The notes under the pieces were generated by a model. It did not search any database, was not told the origin of the DNA, and was given only the letters and a program-made list of their open reading frames with translations. This document shows, one piece after another, positions 7,790 to 9,002 of a stretch of DNA of 9,002 nt. The first letter of the stretch is position 1; every line of letters begins with the position of its first letter. Source of the stretch: Octopus sinensis (lineage: Eukaryota); assembly GCF_006345805.1 (NCBI RefSeq), contig NW_021828178.1, forward strand, positions 1 through 9,002. Direction: 5' to 3'. The translations under genes and the position numbers were made by a program.

Positions 7790-8265
7790 GGGCACAGAAC
7801 GTCACAAAACGTAAACAACAAAAAATACGAAGTACGAGGACATGGGATATGAACTTTTTATGGGAGCAACAAAAGAAATAAACGGAAAAAAAGACAAACG
7901 ACCCTTCATCAGTTGTCGGCTGTTTTTCTAATCCGTATTTTAAGCATTTCACGACAAGATACGCCTTCGATAAAACAGTTGCTCCCGCAAAGCACATTAA
8001 ATAAAATTTGGGTTTTTGTGGAGGGTCAAAATTGGTGACAAAACAGGACAGTGAAAACAAACAGAAAGGGCTGCTGAGCCTAAACGAGGTTGTGATGGCG
8101 AACGCGAAGAAACAAGCTTAGACAGGAGACAGACAAGAATAGGTCTTCCTTGTTCAGCTGCAACAAGAAGAAAGAAAGAAACACAAGTTAGGAGTAGAAA
8201 GAAAATGGTCGATGGTCACGTGGGAGCCACGTTACAAAAAGGAGAAGAGTGAAGGAGAGAGAGTG
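7790..8265 (-). mobile_element. Interspersed repeat lying in (TA)n, possibly Penelope-related
   Basis: TA-repeat flanks on both sides and a T-rich minus-strand 3' end like the other TA-embedded elements. Part of it is duplicated at 7196-7274. Contains ctgatgaaggg on the minus strand but no complete hammerhead. Confidence 0.45.
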
Positions 8266-8284
8266 ATATATATATATAATATAT

Positions 8285-8359
<75 letters not shown>
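8266..8359. repeat. (AT)n microsatellite
   Basis: Directly visible. Confidence 0.95.
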
Positions 8360-8477
8360 AAGGGAAATTTTACGAAAATAAACAAAAGACGAAGGCAGCT
8401 GGAGTACAAACAAACAAATGTATTAGATAGCGCTCAGGAATAGAAAAAGTCTTTTACGTTTCGAGCCTACGCTCTTC

Positions 8478-8480
<3 letters not shown>
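8360..8480 (-). mobile_element. Short Penelope-like element in (TA)n with a 5'-truncated hammerhead motif (8449-8480)
   Basis: Minus strand reads (at)n-GTCGA-a-gagc-gtag-gctc-GAAA-cg-TA-aaagac. It has the same helix II and ACGT palindrome as 2231-2265, but the helix I 5' strand and core start are replaced by (AT)n. Confidence 0.6.
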
Positions 8481-8523
<43 letters not shown>

Positions 8524-8549
8524 ATATATATCTATATATTATATATATA
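8481..8549. repeat. (AT)n microsatellite
   Basis: Directly visible. Confidence 0.95.
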
Positions 8550-8564
8550 TGACTGTTGAATAGG

Positions 8565-8755
8565 TGGAAAGCTGGAAAAGAAGGGGAAGAAAAAATAACC
8601 TTGGTAAGAAGGAGGGGAATTAAGAGAACAATGAAAAGAAGGAGGGGACGAAGAGGTGGAGGACGAAGAGGAGGATAATGACGAAGGGGAGGACAAAGAA
8701 GAAGAGGACGACGAGGAGGAGGGCGTGAAGCAGTAGTAGCAGGAGATGAAGAAAA
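8565..8755. repeat. Purine-rich low-complexity tract (degenerate GAG/GAC/GAA repeat)
   Basis: Directly visible. The acidic reading frame is bounded by TGA (8632-8634) and TAG (8734-8736). Confidence 0.8.
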
Positions 8756-9002
8756 GTGGCTGCGATATCTTCATCCTGGTTCCAAGAATAGACTACAGCA
8801 ACGAGAGCAAAAAGGAAAACGAATTACAAAAGCTCGACAGTAAACATTAAAAAAACCCTGGTATTGTCTCTCGTGTTTGTGTGTGGTGTGTGTGTGTAAG
8901 TGAGTGTAGCTGCGTCATAGAACAGAAGAACAATCTGAGCATTGTTGTTATGTTAAGTAGCCTATAAACAATTTGTGTTTTTGAGGTCAATGATTCCGGT
9001 TA

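Noticed and set aside
7895-7970. Minus-strand ctgatgaaggg as a sixth hammerhead
   Set aside because: Could not build helices II/III with a GAAA in any permutation; at best a decayed relic.
8635-8736. Acidic E/D-rich reading frame as a coding exon
   Set aside because: Bounded by in-frame stops, no ATG or pyrimidine-rich acceptor; a degenerate trinucleotide repeat.
1-9002. CRISPR array or prokaryotic operon/defence system
   Set aside because: No regularly spaced repeat-spacer structure and no gene-dense organisation; the sequence is clearly animal repeat-rich DNA.

Overview
Eukaryotic, repeat-saturated, essentially non-coding window, probably an intron of a minus-strand gene. The repeat families look cephalopod (Octopus-like); that is my recognition, not a search result. 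The only likely host coding sequence is an exon fragment at 1-125 (-). The rest is microsatellites and mobile-element debris: an (ATT)n-tailed retroposon 3' end, a probable solo LTR, a dimeric tRNA-derived SINE, and a dead Tx1/L1-clade LINE ORF2 (5078-7463, -) enclosed by the two TIRs of a mariner-type element. The most interesting signal is a set of minimal type I hammerhead ribozyme motifs of the Penelope-like-element (PLE) type, in short elements lying in or next to (TA)n tracts. Four are complete and one is truncated. Their cores are non-canonical: an inverted pair has the C3-G8 pair swapped to G3-C8, and two other motifs have U4C. Most ORFs in the supplied track are microsatellite artefacts.
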